NCBI GenBank assembly: GCA_965235115.1
Contig: OZ249445.1
Span: forward strand, 11,160,001 to 11,224,000
Direction: 5' to 3'
Length of the DNA: 64,000 nt
Source: Laetmonice hystrix
Lineage: Eukaryota
The translations under genes were made by a program, and so were the position numbers. Positions 23,527 through 35,464 of the stretch are shown piece by piece (the first letter of the stretch is position 1; every line of letters starts with the position of its first letter). The notes under the pieces are model-generated. The model was not told the DNA's origin. It searched no databases and was given only the letters and a program-made list of their open reading frames with translations.

Positions 23527-25847
23527 TTGGATACAACAGTTGGTAGGTGAACACCGTCTGCCCGAGGCTTCAAAGGGAGTCGATCTCAGCACACGTCCTC
23601 CCCGCCACATATTCCCCTGGCCAAGTGAGCATAATGTCAGTGTCTCAGGTTCACTGAACGCCCACCATTAGTCACCACTACTCAGACACAAGGAGCAACT
23701 TACCTCCATTTTTATTCCATACTCAAAAATAAATATGGGCCTCACAGGATGAGGTGTGCGAACTTGCAATTCTTCGTATTGGTTCAAGCATTAAAAAATG
23801 TATGATTTGGTGTTGTCGAAGGGCAGATATATCCCAGGGCAAATTCAGGGGGGTCTAGGTTATCACGGACTCCACTTGCTGCCTTTTCGGGAACAGATTA
23901 CACTGCAAAAAACGACACGAGTTGAGGAGGGAAGTCGTAGATCTGTCACAGATATCTGTGATGAGTGTTCTGAAGTGGCAGGAACACGTTTCGATGACAG
24001 TATGTCAAAACAGCCTCACTTATTATCGAAAGGAATTCTTATAATGGGAACTTTTCATTGTAATTGGTTAAAAGGGCAAGTGTGAATACACAAGTAAGGA
24101 CCAACTGACCAAGAGTTTTATCAAGAGTTTTTGAATAACTTGAAGTCCTTGCGCAACCCCCCCCCCCCCCTCGGGCTTTTTGCCCTTGTCCAGGACAGGG
24201 ACAGTGCATATATACCGAGGATCACATAACGAAGGTTGGCCTCAGGATTAAACATCCTGATCTGTGCACGTTGACGAAGTGAGACATACATGTAGAAACC
24301 TTTTAGGTACTGGAGCGGCTGCGACCACCAAGCTAGATTCCTTTATACTAATTAACATGACTTTGCAGTACTGATAGGTTCCACAGCTTGTAAATTGTCA
24401 AACCTTACGGTGCTCACTCCAAAACATTCGTGGTCCCAGCCGTCAACATTAGAGTTATCTTTTTCCCCTTCTGACGACCTTTAGAAACGCAGTTATTGGG
24501 AATTAACTTTGGAGCCTGTCACAGCGGTTCTTATATACTAGCAGATTTAAAGATTTCACCTCTAAAACACTATCTAGATGATGTGTGAAAAAAATAGATA
24601 AAGAAAGATATGATTCAGGGATATAAATCTTAGGGTTACTTTTACAAAACAAGTTCGTGGTTATGGAAATGGTGTGTCCCTGCAGTTGATGAGGTATGAA
24701 GGTATATACAGGTACATACATATATTCATATGTCCGAGAAACACTTGGAGAGAATGTTAGTTTTCTTCCACGTTACACTGTTTTGTTCTTTGAATATTGA
24801 CATATATTACGACAGTGAGTGACAACAGGGAACCCTGACCAGCACGGTATCATTCATGCTCAGGTTACATGGTAGGATCATCAGTCGGGAAATTGACATG
24901 AGACGGAAGGGAAGAATTCATCGCAAATTGCTACTCCAGCCCTGCATTGATTCCAAACTGTCTCGTGGACAAGGCACGCGGGCAACCTTATCTGTACACA
25001 GATTAGTAGTAATTAAGCCCGGAGGGATGCAGACCGATATGATACTCCACAGCGGTTGTTAGTGGTGCTGAAAACGACATACCAAGGGCCCTGACTTAGT
25101 CTCCACGCTGCCTCATCATTGTCATGTCCATTGTCTTCACAATCTCAGACCTCAGCTGGCTGTCTCCCGGGAGTAATTCACCTCGGTAGCAGACACTCAA
25201 TGTTAGCGAGTCAGCCAGACAAAGCCCCCATTCCTACCATTAAAATGACTTTTTCTTGTGAAGGCCTGGCCATGTAAAGGACAGGTAGATTTTAGTCAGT
25301 GGACCTAATAAGACTGGCGGCATTTTTCGGGCTTCTTTGTTATACGGATTCAACTGTTTGAGTCAGCTTCCTCTGTGTTCTACAAAGTCGTAGGTCTACC
25401 ATTGACTTATAAAGAATCCCAAGAGAAACCCACTTATTATTAAATAGTACTAGGGCAGGACTAACGGACAGCTATTAATTACTTTCTCGACGTGTAAATA
25501 TTACTGAGATGATCGAGGATTAAGCCTATATTCTGTTACCTACTTGTATCCTCCTCAGAGGACCATGGTATTCTCACGAGAGAAGAAATTGAGTTTCCTT
25601 TGCTCTCCACTGGAGGATACAGTCAGCAGTTTCGCTTTTACCCACAAGATGGAGACTCTGTAGGGCTAGGTCACCAGTCCAAGTACATACGCTTTCTTTG
25701 ACCACCACTGCAGTGGATATGGACTTATTTAGGAATGTTAATTCCTGTGAGCCTTTGTCAGGATTGCAACTTGAATGGAATCAATTATATTAAGCTTTTC
25801 AAAGATCCTCAGTTGATCAATCCATTATATGTTTACACTTTTGCATC

Positions 25848-25970
25848 GGGTGGGGGTGGGGGGCGGGGGGGTTCTAAGAGGGGGGTTGTGGGTTTGAACC
25901 TTTCAATCGGGGGGGGGGGACTTTGAAAAGGGGGATTGCAACCCCCGTAACCCCACCTTTGGATCCGCTG
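25848..25970 (+). repeat. G-rich element with a canonical G-quadruplex motif, possibly a MITE remnant
   Basis: GGGTGGGGGTGGGGGGCGGGGGGG at 25848-25871 and further G/C runs ending in gcaacccccgtaaccccacctttggatccgc. That end resembles GGATCCGC-terminated invertebrate repeats (recalled, not verified). Confidence 0.35.
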
Positions 25971-26092
25971 TAAGAGGAGTCTTATGTATACTAGCAGCAG
26001 ATGTACCCAGTATTAATTAATTCTAGTTTGGCTTTTATAAAAAGACTGAAACTTTATGCTGGAATTTGTCAATAGGAATTTGTAAATTGAGA

Positions 26093-26161
26093 CTTTTTAT
26101 TTCTTTCACAGGTGAGTACTGGTCCTTCATGATGTGAATTGGTGTCTGTAGTTTGGTAAGT
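26093..26161 (+). other. Recursive-splice-site-like AG|GT junction with a 44-nt cryptic exon (26112-26155) carrying stops in all frames
   Basis: ctttttatttctttcacag|GTGAGTA at 26111/26112 and second donor TTG|gtaagt at 26155/26156. TGA occurs at 26113, 26130 and 26135, covering all three frames. Confidence 0.5.
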
Positions 26162-26181
26162 ACGCGTCATTTGTCAGACTG

Positions 26182-26198
26182 GTGTGTGTGTGTGTGTG
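26182..26198. repeat. (GT)8 microsatellite
   Basis: gtgtgtgtgtgtgtgtg, read directly. Confidence 0.9.
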
Positions 26199-26637
26199 GA
26201 GGGTACTTTGAGCACCTATTGTTAGAACAATTCTGGTATCATAGCTGCCATCCACACCATCAAAGAACACAATATCATTCGGCATTACACTGTCTAGATA
26301 GCTGTTAACATAACCCAAGATTAAAGCTAGAAGTTAGAGGCAAATTAAAGTTTAAAACGAATAAGGTTTTCAGAAATGTCTTATCAAGAAATGTCCATAA
26401 GCACTAAAATAATATCGGTACGATAGTATTATAAAACTTGTGACGAGAAATTATTTTCCCATAATCCCTACGATTGATAAGGTAGTGAATGTTTCTGTGT
26501 TATTGAGTGTGACATCATGTACGGGCACGGGCACAAGGTTTCATTTAACCTCAAATAAACGTAGAATATTTATTTCATTTGTATTCCCTAATGCAGTCAA
26601 GCATTCTAAGGTACCCTACGTCCAGATGCCGTTTTCA

Positions 26638-26656
26638 ACTGCCACTAGGGGGTCAG
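26638..26656 (+). promoter_or_regulatory. CTCF-like motif
   Basis: ACTGCCACTAGGGGGTCAG. The first 15 nt are identical to the site at 34945. Confidence 0.55.
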
Positions 26657-27866
26657 TGCAATCTGGGGACTTTTGTTACACTCACAACCAATAGATGTTT
26701 GAAAGAGTAGCCGGGTGCCACCCACTGCCAGTGGTCACAAGCAGGGGGTCTTCCACTAAAACCTGAACCCTGTCCAATTATTGAGCCATCCCCCAAAGCT
26801 TACAGGAGAGGTTTAACGTGTCAGACGAGCAGCGCTATGGCGAGTTCGACTATTATAGCGTGTCCCTGTTACTTTATCAGAAACACGTTTTATAGATCGT
26901 CGTGAGGCAAGGCTTCAAGTGCTCTCAAGAGTTAGTGACTTCCACCTGAAGTGAAGCTCTTTGGCCGGTTTTGTCCTCTGCTACATATACATGTGTATGT
27001 ATTTCGTTACGCAGTATAACTGTATTTCTCATTATTATTACCGTGTTATTTGCACGTGTACTGTCAGTGCAACATTTGTTTCAGCTTAGACTAGAGACCT
27101 TTAACACTGTGGAACGTCACGTTTTCTCAATAGCCGGGTAGTGGACAGTAATGTCGTGTACCTGTGTGCTTCGATCAAGGCATTAATCCTAACTCGCTGC
27201 ACTGTTACTCTGCGTTTCTCGAAAGGATCAGTGCAGCATTAAGGAAGTCACGCTTATTAAGTCATTACTAAACATCAGTCTGTTTTACACAATCATTATA
27301 ATGCTTAATGTCGGATTTTACATGAAATTGACTTTATCTAGAAAGTGTTTAATGATTCGCCTCTTTGATTCTTTTTGTAAAAATTCCGATTTTTAAGAAA
27401 CCTCAAATGATTTTATCTTTTTATGTTTTGCCGAGGACTTCAGCAACGGCCTTTGAAAAGGCAGAGGTGTGTTGTTAACTTTGAAGTAGAGGCCAAGCCA
27501 TGATCACTTTAATACAGCACTTTAATGAAGTAAATCTATTTACTTGTGGCTTCAGTTATCAAACCAAAAACTTCCCCTTGTTAATCATTTTCATACCAAA
27601 AAAGTCCCTCATTGTATTTTGTTGTTTTATACCATTCTGTTCTAACAATTCTAATTCTACAGACGTAATGTCATCCGAAATCTCGACAAATTTTATAGTC
27701 CAAGAGTTAATATTGTATAAATTGTGAGCTGAAATAACCTACTTGCCTCCTTTTCTAGTCTTTGTCCAGAATTTCCTGCGATATACAATGAATAATTAAT
27801 CGAGCTAGTTCTTTCTCTCCCCGATAATAAATATATTTATTATTTATATTCATTTACTTGCTTGCA

Positions 27867-27930
27867 TACTGTATTTTTCCGTGTATAAGCCGTGGTAATG
27901 TATAAGCAGCAGGCCATTTTTAGAGCAAAA
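27867..27930 (+). mobile_element. Possible terminal fragment of a Tc2/pogo-like (TA-target) non-autonomous DNA transposon
   Basis: TA followed by CTGTATTTTTCCGTGTATAAGCCG with a second TGTATAAGC subterminal repeat. This resembles the CCGTATTTT...TATAAG(A/C)CGC termini of such MITEs (recalled). I found no matching opposite end. Confidence 0.4.
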
Positions 27931-29851
27931 CTTATGGGGGGGGGAGAATTAATGTTTCTGATACCAGTCATAGCAAAGTTGGGCCCCAACCGTCAACCCT
28001 ATGAAACAGGCTGAGACGTGTTTTAGCAAGATGCTTCACCAGACTGGCCATAGTGTGAAACCTCACTGTCCAGACTTGTGTTACCATCACCTCCCATTGT
28101 TAATCAGGCTGTTTCTTTCCCTGGGCATTTAAAACTACAATAGGACACACCTTTATTTTTTGGAATCCATCATATATTGACATGTAAAACAATGGGTGTT
28201 AACGGGAACACCACAGCTTTTGGTATACAGCAGGCCAGTTCCCATTGGGAACCTAGGGGCCTAGGGTATATTATATTTACTTAGTTATTTAGAAGGACAC
28301 ATTCCTTAGAGTTAAACTAATTATCGAGTGTGAACATGTGGACTGTATGAAGAAGATTCCCTTTTTGGTTATAGACGGTATTGGAAATTTACAAAGAAAG
28401 CTATTCCCTTCACTATCATTATAACGGATCATGTGTCGACTTGGACGTGATAATGACGAAATAACAGTCGGCCCTGTCGTTATATCAACGTCTTCTCCCG
28501 CACTTGTAGTGGCCAGGAAGATCAATCTTTTCTCATAATGTTCATATTACATTTCAGATTCCACTGCTAAATATCAGACTATTAATTTGTGCAGGGGTCC
28601 GCAAAAATTACTTAGAATGGCAAAAGTCTGCGGTGATCTGTTGGTTTAACAATTTGTGGCAGACAGAAGCAGATGGTGCAATTTGTTGTCAATACAGCCA
28701 CCCACAGAATTGGATCTAAATAATGCAAGCAGAGGCTCAGTCTCATGGTCAAGATGCTTCTCACGTTCCTTCATGTCATTACGTCAAAATTGGCTTCTAT
28801 TAATTTATTTATTGAATGCAGCCGAGAGAGAAATCCAAGGTCTCCATATTTTAATTATATTGGAAACTCCATCCTTGAAAGCAATTATACTCAGAGGATT
28901 TGAGGGCTGCCCAAAGCCATTTTGGCCGCACTCCTGGTAATTGCCAACTGAAGTACTGTTGTCTTGGGTGACCAGGCTAATTATAGTCCAAACATTGACA
29001 AATTATCGAAAACTGAGGCTTTTGATGAGGAGAAGCACCGAGATGATGGTTTCCCACAGCAGTCGTGTCAGCGCCTGTGTCTTGTGAGCCAGCCCGTGAT
29101 TGATGGACAAACCATATTGTGTATTCGTTGCCAGCGATTCCATAACATTTATTTGCAGACATTCTATTAGCCATAATGGCAATCAGACCCCTTCAGGTGG
29201 CAGGCTTTCATTAGAATAAAACTACTTCCTCTGCCTATCGATTCACATGATGAAAACTAGAAATTAGTCGGAATGAACTTGTTTGGATTCGCATCAGGTT
29301 CGTCAGGTGGAAGTGGAGCAGCAGGTTGGTAGTTGAGCCGTTATGATTTGTCGTTTGCCGAGTGATGTGTTGGCAGCTGATCTGGTTTTTTGGCTGGAGA
29401 GGAAAGGAGGCGAAGGGCCAGGGGTGCACATTGATCTTAGGCGCGGCATTGTGGGATGATGAAATATGATGGAATATTGCATTCATTAATTGGTAGGTGC
29501 AGTTTCAACACAATGGCCGGGGATTTGGTAGTGAACCTGTGGAGGCAGCCTGAACGGCCTCAGCGTCACTGGAGTCGCTTCATTTACCTGCAGTCACCAC
29601 TGCAATATATAGAGTCATAGGGAATGTACATTTTCGTCAAAAGCAAGGCATACACGAAGGGAATCTGGGTACTGATGTATATATAAGGCCATTTGGAGTC
29701 TACAACCACCTCATATTTGCATTAATTTGGCCTTGAACCCCAGATTTGCTGCACTGTGAAAGTCAATCTCCACCAACACTTTCGAAGTCCCTGCATCTAA
29801 TAAACTTTGGTCTTGAGAATGGGGCAATTACAGTGGAACACGATGGGAGAC

Positions 29852-29868
29852 ATCACTAGATGGCGCTG
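29852..29868 (+). promoter_or_regulatory. CTCF-like motif
   Basis: ATCACTAGATGGCGCTG matches the CTCF consensus (C)CACTAGATGGCGC. Confidence 0.55.
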
Positions 29869-32800
29869 CGATCTTACAACTGGGCAAAGTAATAAAACTG
29901 GGCCTCAGTCACACGGGCGGCGAAATGGAAGGAGGTGCTGCCAGACATACTATACAAGCTAACCCTGAGTCTTGTCGCAATATTTCTAGCAAGTATGTTA
30001 CGTTGTCGGGGTAGAGTAAAAACTGAGGGCAAATTAGGTCAAGATTCCAAGGGCACGGGTTAGGAGAGATAGGGTGTTGGAGGAATTGTACATATAGACA
30101 AATAACTTGTATAAAAATAACTCGTGAAGTTTTATATATTGGAGGTCAGAACCATGGGAGAAAGCATGTCCTAACAGATCACGCCGCGGAGGAAATGGAT
30201 TTGTCTTAATTCGAGGTGATCAGTTGATGGCGAAGCATATTGCTGCTCTATAGCATATTGGGCTTGTAGTGGCCTCTGTCTGGTGGGTGTGATTTACGTG
30301 GCCGGGGCAATTCAAAGGTATTATCTCCAATTTGTCGACCAATTACATTGACACATGCCGCCATTTGGCCGGGTGAGGAGCGCCGGGTGCCAAATCAAGT
30401 GGTTATCTTTCCGAGTTGTGATTTGGTGGATTTGGCGGCGCGGGATCTCCGAGGTCGTTTATGGGCGACCATAAGTGAGCCACGATGAACAGTGGCGGTG
30501 TCTGAGCTAACGGTGCCGGGCGGCCCGCAGGGAACCGGCCCGACACTGGGGCAGCAGCCGCTGAACAGGTGATTGGATAGACAGTGGTGGATGGACCCGA
30601 TTAGCTGATTTGGGTGACTGATACTGCTAAATGAGTCAAATTAATCAGCTGCGAAGCAGTTCAATATGTCCGAAGCCGAACAGAATTCTCATGCTCTGTG
30701 GAACCGTTTCTGCCACTGCTTGCAGGACACGGCAGCTCATTGACAGAGGGTACACAGACGGAAAGCAGCAAATGCCAACATTGAATTACTTATTTATTTA
30801 TTTTGAAGGACATTGGGGTTGCTCTAATTCCCTTTGTCCCGTCAGAGACCATGTACTAATTTTGAAACCATTTTTAGGTTAAATATTTAGAGGTCACTGT
30901 TGCATTTATCCTCTTGTAATAAGATGATGATAGAATTACTGTCAACGTGAAGAATTAAGATTTCAAGTGCGCAGTAGTTCAAAACTTGAAGCTTTCAGGC
31001 TGAGAACTATTTCATTAGTCGATCGGTAAAGCTGATATCTTTAAACGGTCTTGGTTTGACATTATCCATTCTCAAGTTTATGAGTGATTGGCTGATCGTA
31101 GTAAATGTGTTCTATTCATGGGAACTGTTTTCAATTTGATTACTGCGGAACAGTGAAATGATTTGTCTTGATGCGATTTATTATCGGTGTTGAAGGGTAG
31201 TTGTCAGATTTGATTAATAGGTGATCATTGCTCACAATATAACATACCACAGATGTCAGGATGGACTGTGGTCCACGTTAACATGGAAATAACGCAGATT
31301 AGTTCGGGACTCATCCACAAGGGGGCACCACGGTTCTGTAGGGAAAGGACTGGTATTCTGATGAGAAATGAATTTATGTGCCATTTTCCGAACTTCACAG
31401 GTTTATGCATTCATAATCCATAAAACAATGAACATATGGGTCTATATTCATGATCGTGCGTAGGTTTGTAAGTTTATGGATGTTGCTGGAGAATACGATG
31501 AGAGAATATATGCATCTCCTTTATAACATTATACAGTACTGTACAAGTTACAACGGATGAAAGATATGGACAATATCAGGGAATAAAGCATATATGGTAT
31601 ATAAGTTATGAATTGTTTTTAAATTTAATACGTCTGTCTTAAAATCGCTAAGCTAAAACAGATAGAAATGCGGACCAAGTTGTTGTTTCGGACTACCACA
31701 TAATACTGAGTTTTATTTTGCAAAAGCCATGAACTGAATTGTTATATTTATTGCGTTCTTGTTATCCGGTAACAGTTGAAGTGTAAAGAAGGGACTATAT
31801 AGAGGGTTGGAACCAGACTGTGGATTATTCTCCACAGTTGGGACATTTTGCTGATGCTGGTTGCGGCCTCCTCGGGTCGTGCTGCATCAGTCGTCCATTG
31901 AACGGTCACTGATGGAGCAAGCCTCACTCAACAGTACCGGCCGCTCGCTCCCCTGGGGCATACTGACCAACCTCACCAACGGACACACGTATCTCTGTAG
32001 CTGACTGCTTTACAAGAGCTGATTGCTGATTGGTCGGTATAGAAAGCAAGGCTAGACACCGACCCCTCAGCAGCCTGTCCACACCCTCTGTTATTAGGGG
32101 ACAGCATTAGCTTTTTGTAGTTTTCATTTCCCCTTGCGCCACATGGCCATTTTGGGTGGTCATTTCCTATTTCATATATCATGACCTGTCACGCTGTATT
32201 GCTCCGCTATTTTCCTGGAAGGACGTGACACAAATCGCCGTCATTGGTGCCTCTCCGCGTCCAATGAAATGTTTGCAGCCATCTGATCAGAAGAGTTCCT
32301 TAATTTCCTCTCGGCATTTTCTGACATAATTCAACGCTGATGGAGAATCAAGCCGCCCATCTATCAAGCTTTGCTGCATTTGGCATTGGCCAGTGCCTGG
32401 CAGGTAATCGCTGCTTGCCAAGGTTGAATATGAACACTGCTGAAGGAGTGGGTCAGCCAAAGCTGGCGTTGGAATGTCACTTCAATGACTCAAAACTGCC
32501 CCAAAATGACTACAGCTGTCAGGGCAACAACAGGACCCAATCACAGTGCGGTGCAATTTGGCATTAAACTTTAATCAATTTCACAGAAACTTGAGCTGCT
32601 CGGGAAGAAATGTGCACCAATGATGCGAATGCTTGTCTGCTCTCATGCAGCCACCCATGTAATTTTGTTAAGACCAATTTCCAAGGAACCCAATGGAGCC
32701 AATTCACAAGGGCTTAGGTGGCTCATTCTCGCCCGACGGTCTCATTTTCTAGCGAGCACCAAGATCCCCGTTGTCTGCCGGATTTTGCTGCTGTTAATGA

Positions 32801-34012
32801 AACATTAATAAATCATTGCCGTACTTGTAATTGCTGCAAAGAGCCGTAATGGTGTCCTACGTGCAGTCTGCGTGCACTCGGGGACAAGGGGCGTCAATGA
32901 AGGCTAACCCTGCCGGCATTGACCGGTAGGGGGGGGGCACACCGTGCCAACGAGGCAGGATCTGTGACAAGGGTGGGATCTCGTGGGAAGGCAAGGCCTC
33001 CCCACACAAACTAGTGCCTTAGCTCACGAACCGTCATAATATTGCAGCTTCTGTGCATTTCTTTTAAACACGTAACATTATTGCAATAAACTTCTGAAAG
33101 TTTCACTGGGATTGTCATTTTGAAATGGCAATTATAAGTTAGTATTCTTTGTGGTTTGGGTATTACATTGGAGACACTACCCTCTCTAGTGTATGGTGAA
33201 CCTGTATGCTAGCTGTTGGTGTTTTAGTTATGGTATAATTTTATCCGAATTCCTCATCACCCCCCCGCCCGCACCCCCCCCCCCCCTCCACACACACACA
33301 ACCCCAAAAAACAACTTATGTACTCAAAAAAAAACCTTGCAGAAGATCACTTGAACTAGTGAGCAAGAATGCGGCAAGCCCCGAGTGCAATTTCTTCCAG
33401 TAAAACAATGAAAGAAGAACTATTACCGGTAGATTAGCATACACAGTGCCTTTTGAGCTGTGGAAGGTGAGTGATAGCTCCATTTCCTCAAACCAGACGG
33501 CTTGTAGTTAGAATATAACGTCCCCCTCCCACGCTTTCCTTGAGCGTGATCTTTGACTTTGATATACCTGTATGGCATTGAAAACACAGAATCATAGAAC
33601 ATCCGCTATACCTGTCCATCTTGTGTTCGTCATCTCCGGGTTGATTCTGCAATTAGACAGTTCTCATCAGGTCAATTGCTATCTATTGTTCGCATCTTTA
33701 TAGAGAAACAGTATGAAGGAAATCGGCCCGACCATGGACGTAGTTGGGACTTTGTTTATAGACTGGAAGGAGTGCGGTGAAGTTGTGCGCGTACATACGG
33801 CTAGGTTAGACTGCAGACAGGCGGACGGAGGTTCAGGGGGTGTGATGTTATGGTTGTCTTTTTGACAGCACGAGGACCTGGTCATCAGTCAGGTAGCAGC
33901 GCCCTGTGTCCTCGGCTTGTTAGTGGTTTCCTGGCCAACCGACGTGCACGGGCGCTAACTACAGACAGGTGACTGAGGTCAGGCCTCGGGTCAGCCCAGT
34001 CAACTGCTCTCT

Positions 34013-34026
34013 GTCACCATGGCAAC
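34013..34026. promoter_or_regulatory. RFX X-box
   Basis: GTCACCATGGCAAC is a full match to GTHNYY-AT-RRNAAC. A related site GTTGCCATGTCAC lies at 34905-34917. Confidence 0.5.
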
Positions 34027-34944
34027 TTAACAGTTGTGCTCTAGTCTTGTGAAGAATAGGCCAATTATCTGGGAACCTGGACAAAAAATAGCAGCTATAG
34101 TAATATCCTGTATTTTAAAAACTTGAAATGCCAATACACTGAACACGAGGAACTAACGATACTTGCAGGGGTAGCCTTTTATGTTTTTTTATATGGCTCA
34201 TTGCAATTAATTCCGATGAGCACGTGTCATCGCTCCAATTTGTTCAGTTGTAATGACGCTGATATCTTCTCAGATATATGTTTGCAGGTGCCTCATACTG
34301 TTCAAATTATGAGGCGATATTAAAAAATCCGACTTCATTGTGATATTGATACCATTTCTAGGTGTAACTTGAAAACTTCACTGTATGTGTTTACTTGTCA
34401 GGTAGTTGCGGCTATGGTACGTGTGAATTGTGAGTGAGGTAGCTTGCTGGCCATGATCCTGAGGTGTTTTGAGTTGAGGATCAAGGATTTCCTTCTCCCT
34501 CCCACCCATGATCCACAGGTCGCTGAGAGCCCCCCAGGCCCTGCACCAACCAGAAGACACAACCCTCCCACTCCCAGCCCAACCTGATTCCGTTTTCCTT
34601 TTATTAATCTGGCTGCAATGATAGCGGATGGCGAGAAGCCCCACACACAGCTGCCGGCAGAGACTTAATCTCGGCGGTAGAGAGCTGTTTGATACAAGGC
34701 TAATTACGTTTGACTGTGAGCCTCATTTCTACAAGAAGGGGGGACTTTTAATCCGACATGCCTTTGATGTATTATATTTCAATCATGCTGTCATGTTATA
34801 TATTGTGGGCCTGTGTCCTACCGGTGTAGTAGGATCCTGTTGTTGTACTGATTGACATCACTCTGTGGTTTCCGACGTCGTGTGTGATGAGGGTACAGGT
34901 TCCTGTTGCCATGTCACAGGCTGATGATACCTGTAGTTCCCAAC

Positions 34945-34963
34945 ACTGCCACTAGGGGGCACC
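34945..34963 (+). promoter_or_regulatory. CTCF motif (near-consensus)
   Basis: ACTGCCACTAGGGGGCACC. Confidence 0.65.
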
Positions 34964-35451
34964 CCGCTGGCTGACGACTGGGTGTCCTCGTGCGGCACGG
35001 ACATGGCACGTGGTTTGTGGCACACTTTCTCGGCGTCGCTTGCACACGTCTCCGCCACGCTTCACCGGTGCGACAGAACAGGAACAATTTGTCGTATTGT
35101 TGGAAAAGAACGCTCGAGATCACCTTGCCACAATTGCCACCGCAATTGGAAGCGTTTGTTTTGTATATGACGAAATAACATATAAGACTGGCCATATTTA
35201 TGATTCATTTTTAACTTGCGAGATTAGCTAACTGATTTAATTACAAGATTGAATGTACTGGGTAATAAAATTAATGTGAATCACTAAAAGGGGTAGGAAC
35301 GTTAACTATGTGATGCACTATAAGTTTCTGACCAGCTGGAGTATGTGATTTAGGGGCCAGAGGTGACCCCAGGCCAGTCAGAACTGTAGCAGGGGTGGTT
35401 CGGAGTTGTTATGGTTGTCCGGGGAGACAGTAACTGGGGTACGCAAATTTG

Positions 35452-35464
35452 AGGTCAAAGGTCA
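35452..35464 (+). promoter_or_regulatory. Perfect nuclear-receptor DR1 element
   Basis: AGGTCA-A-AGGTCA, the direct repeat bound by RXR, COUP-TF and HNF4-class receptors. Confidence 0.5.

Noticed and set aside
24971-24981. 11-nt identity to miR-124 positions 2-12
   Set aside because: The rest of the mature sequence differs and there is no hairpin. One such hit is expected after checking many families.
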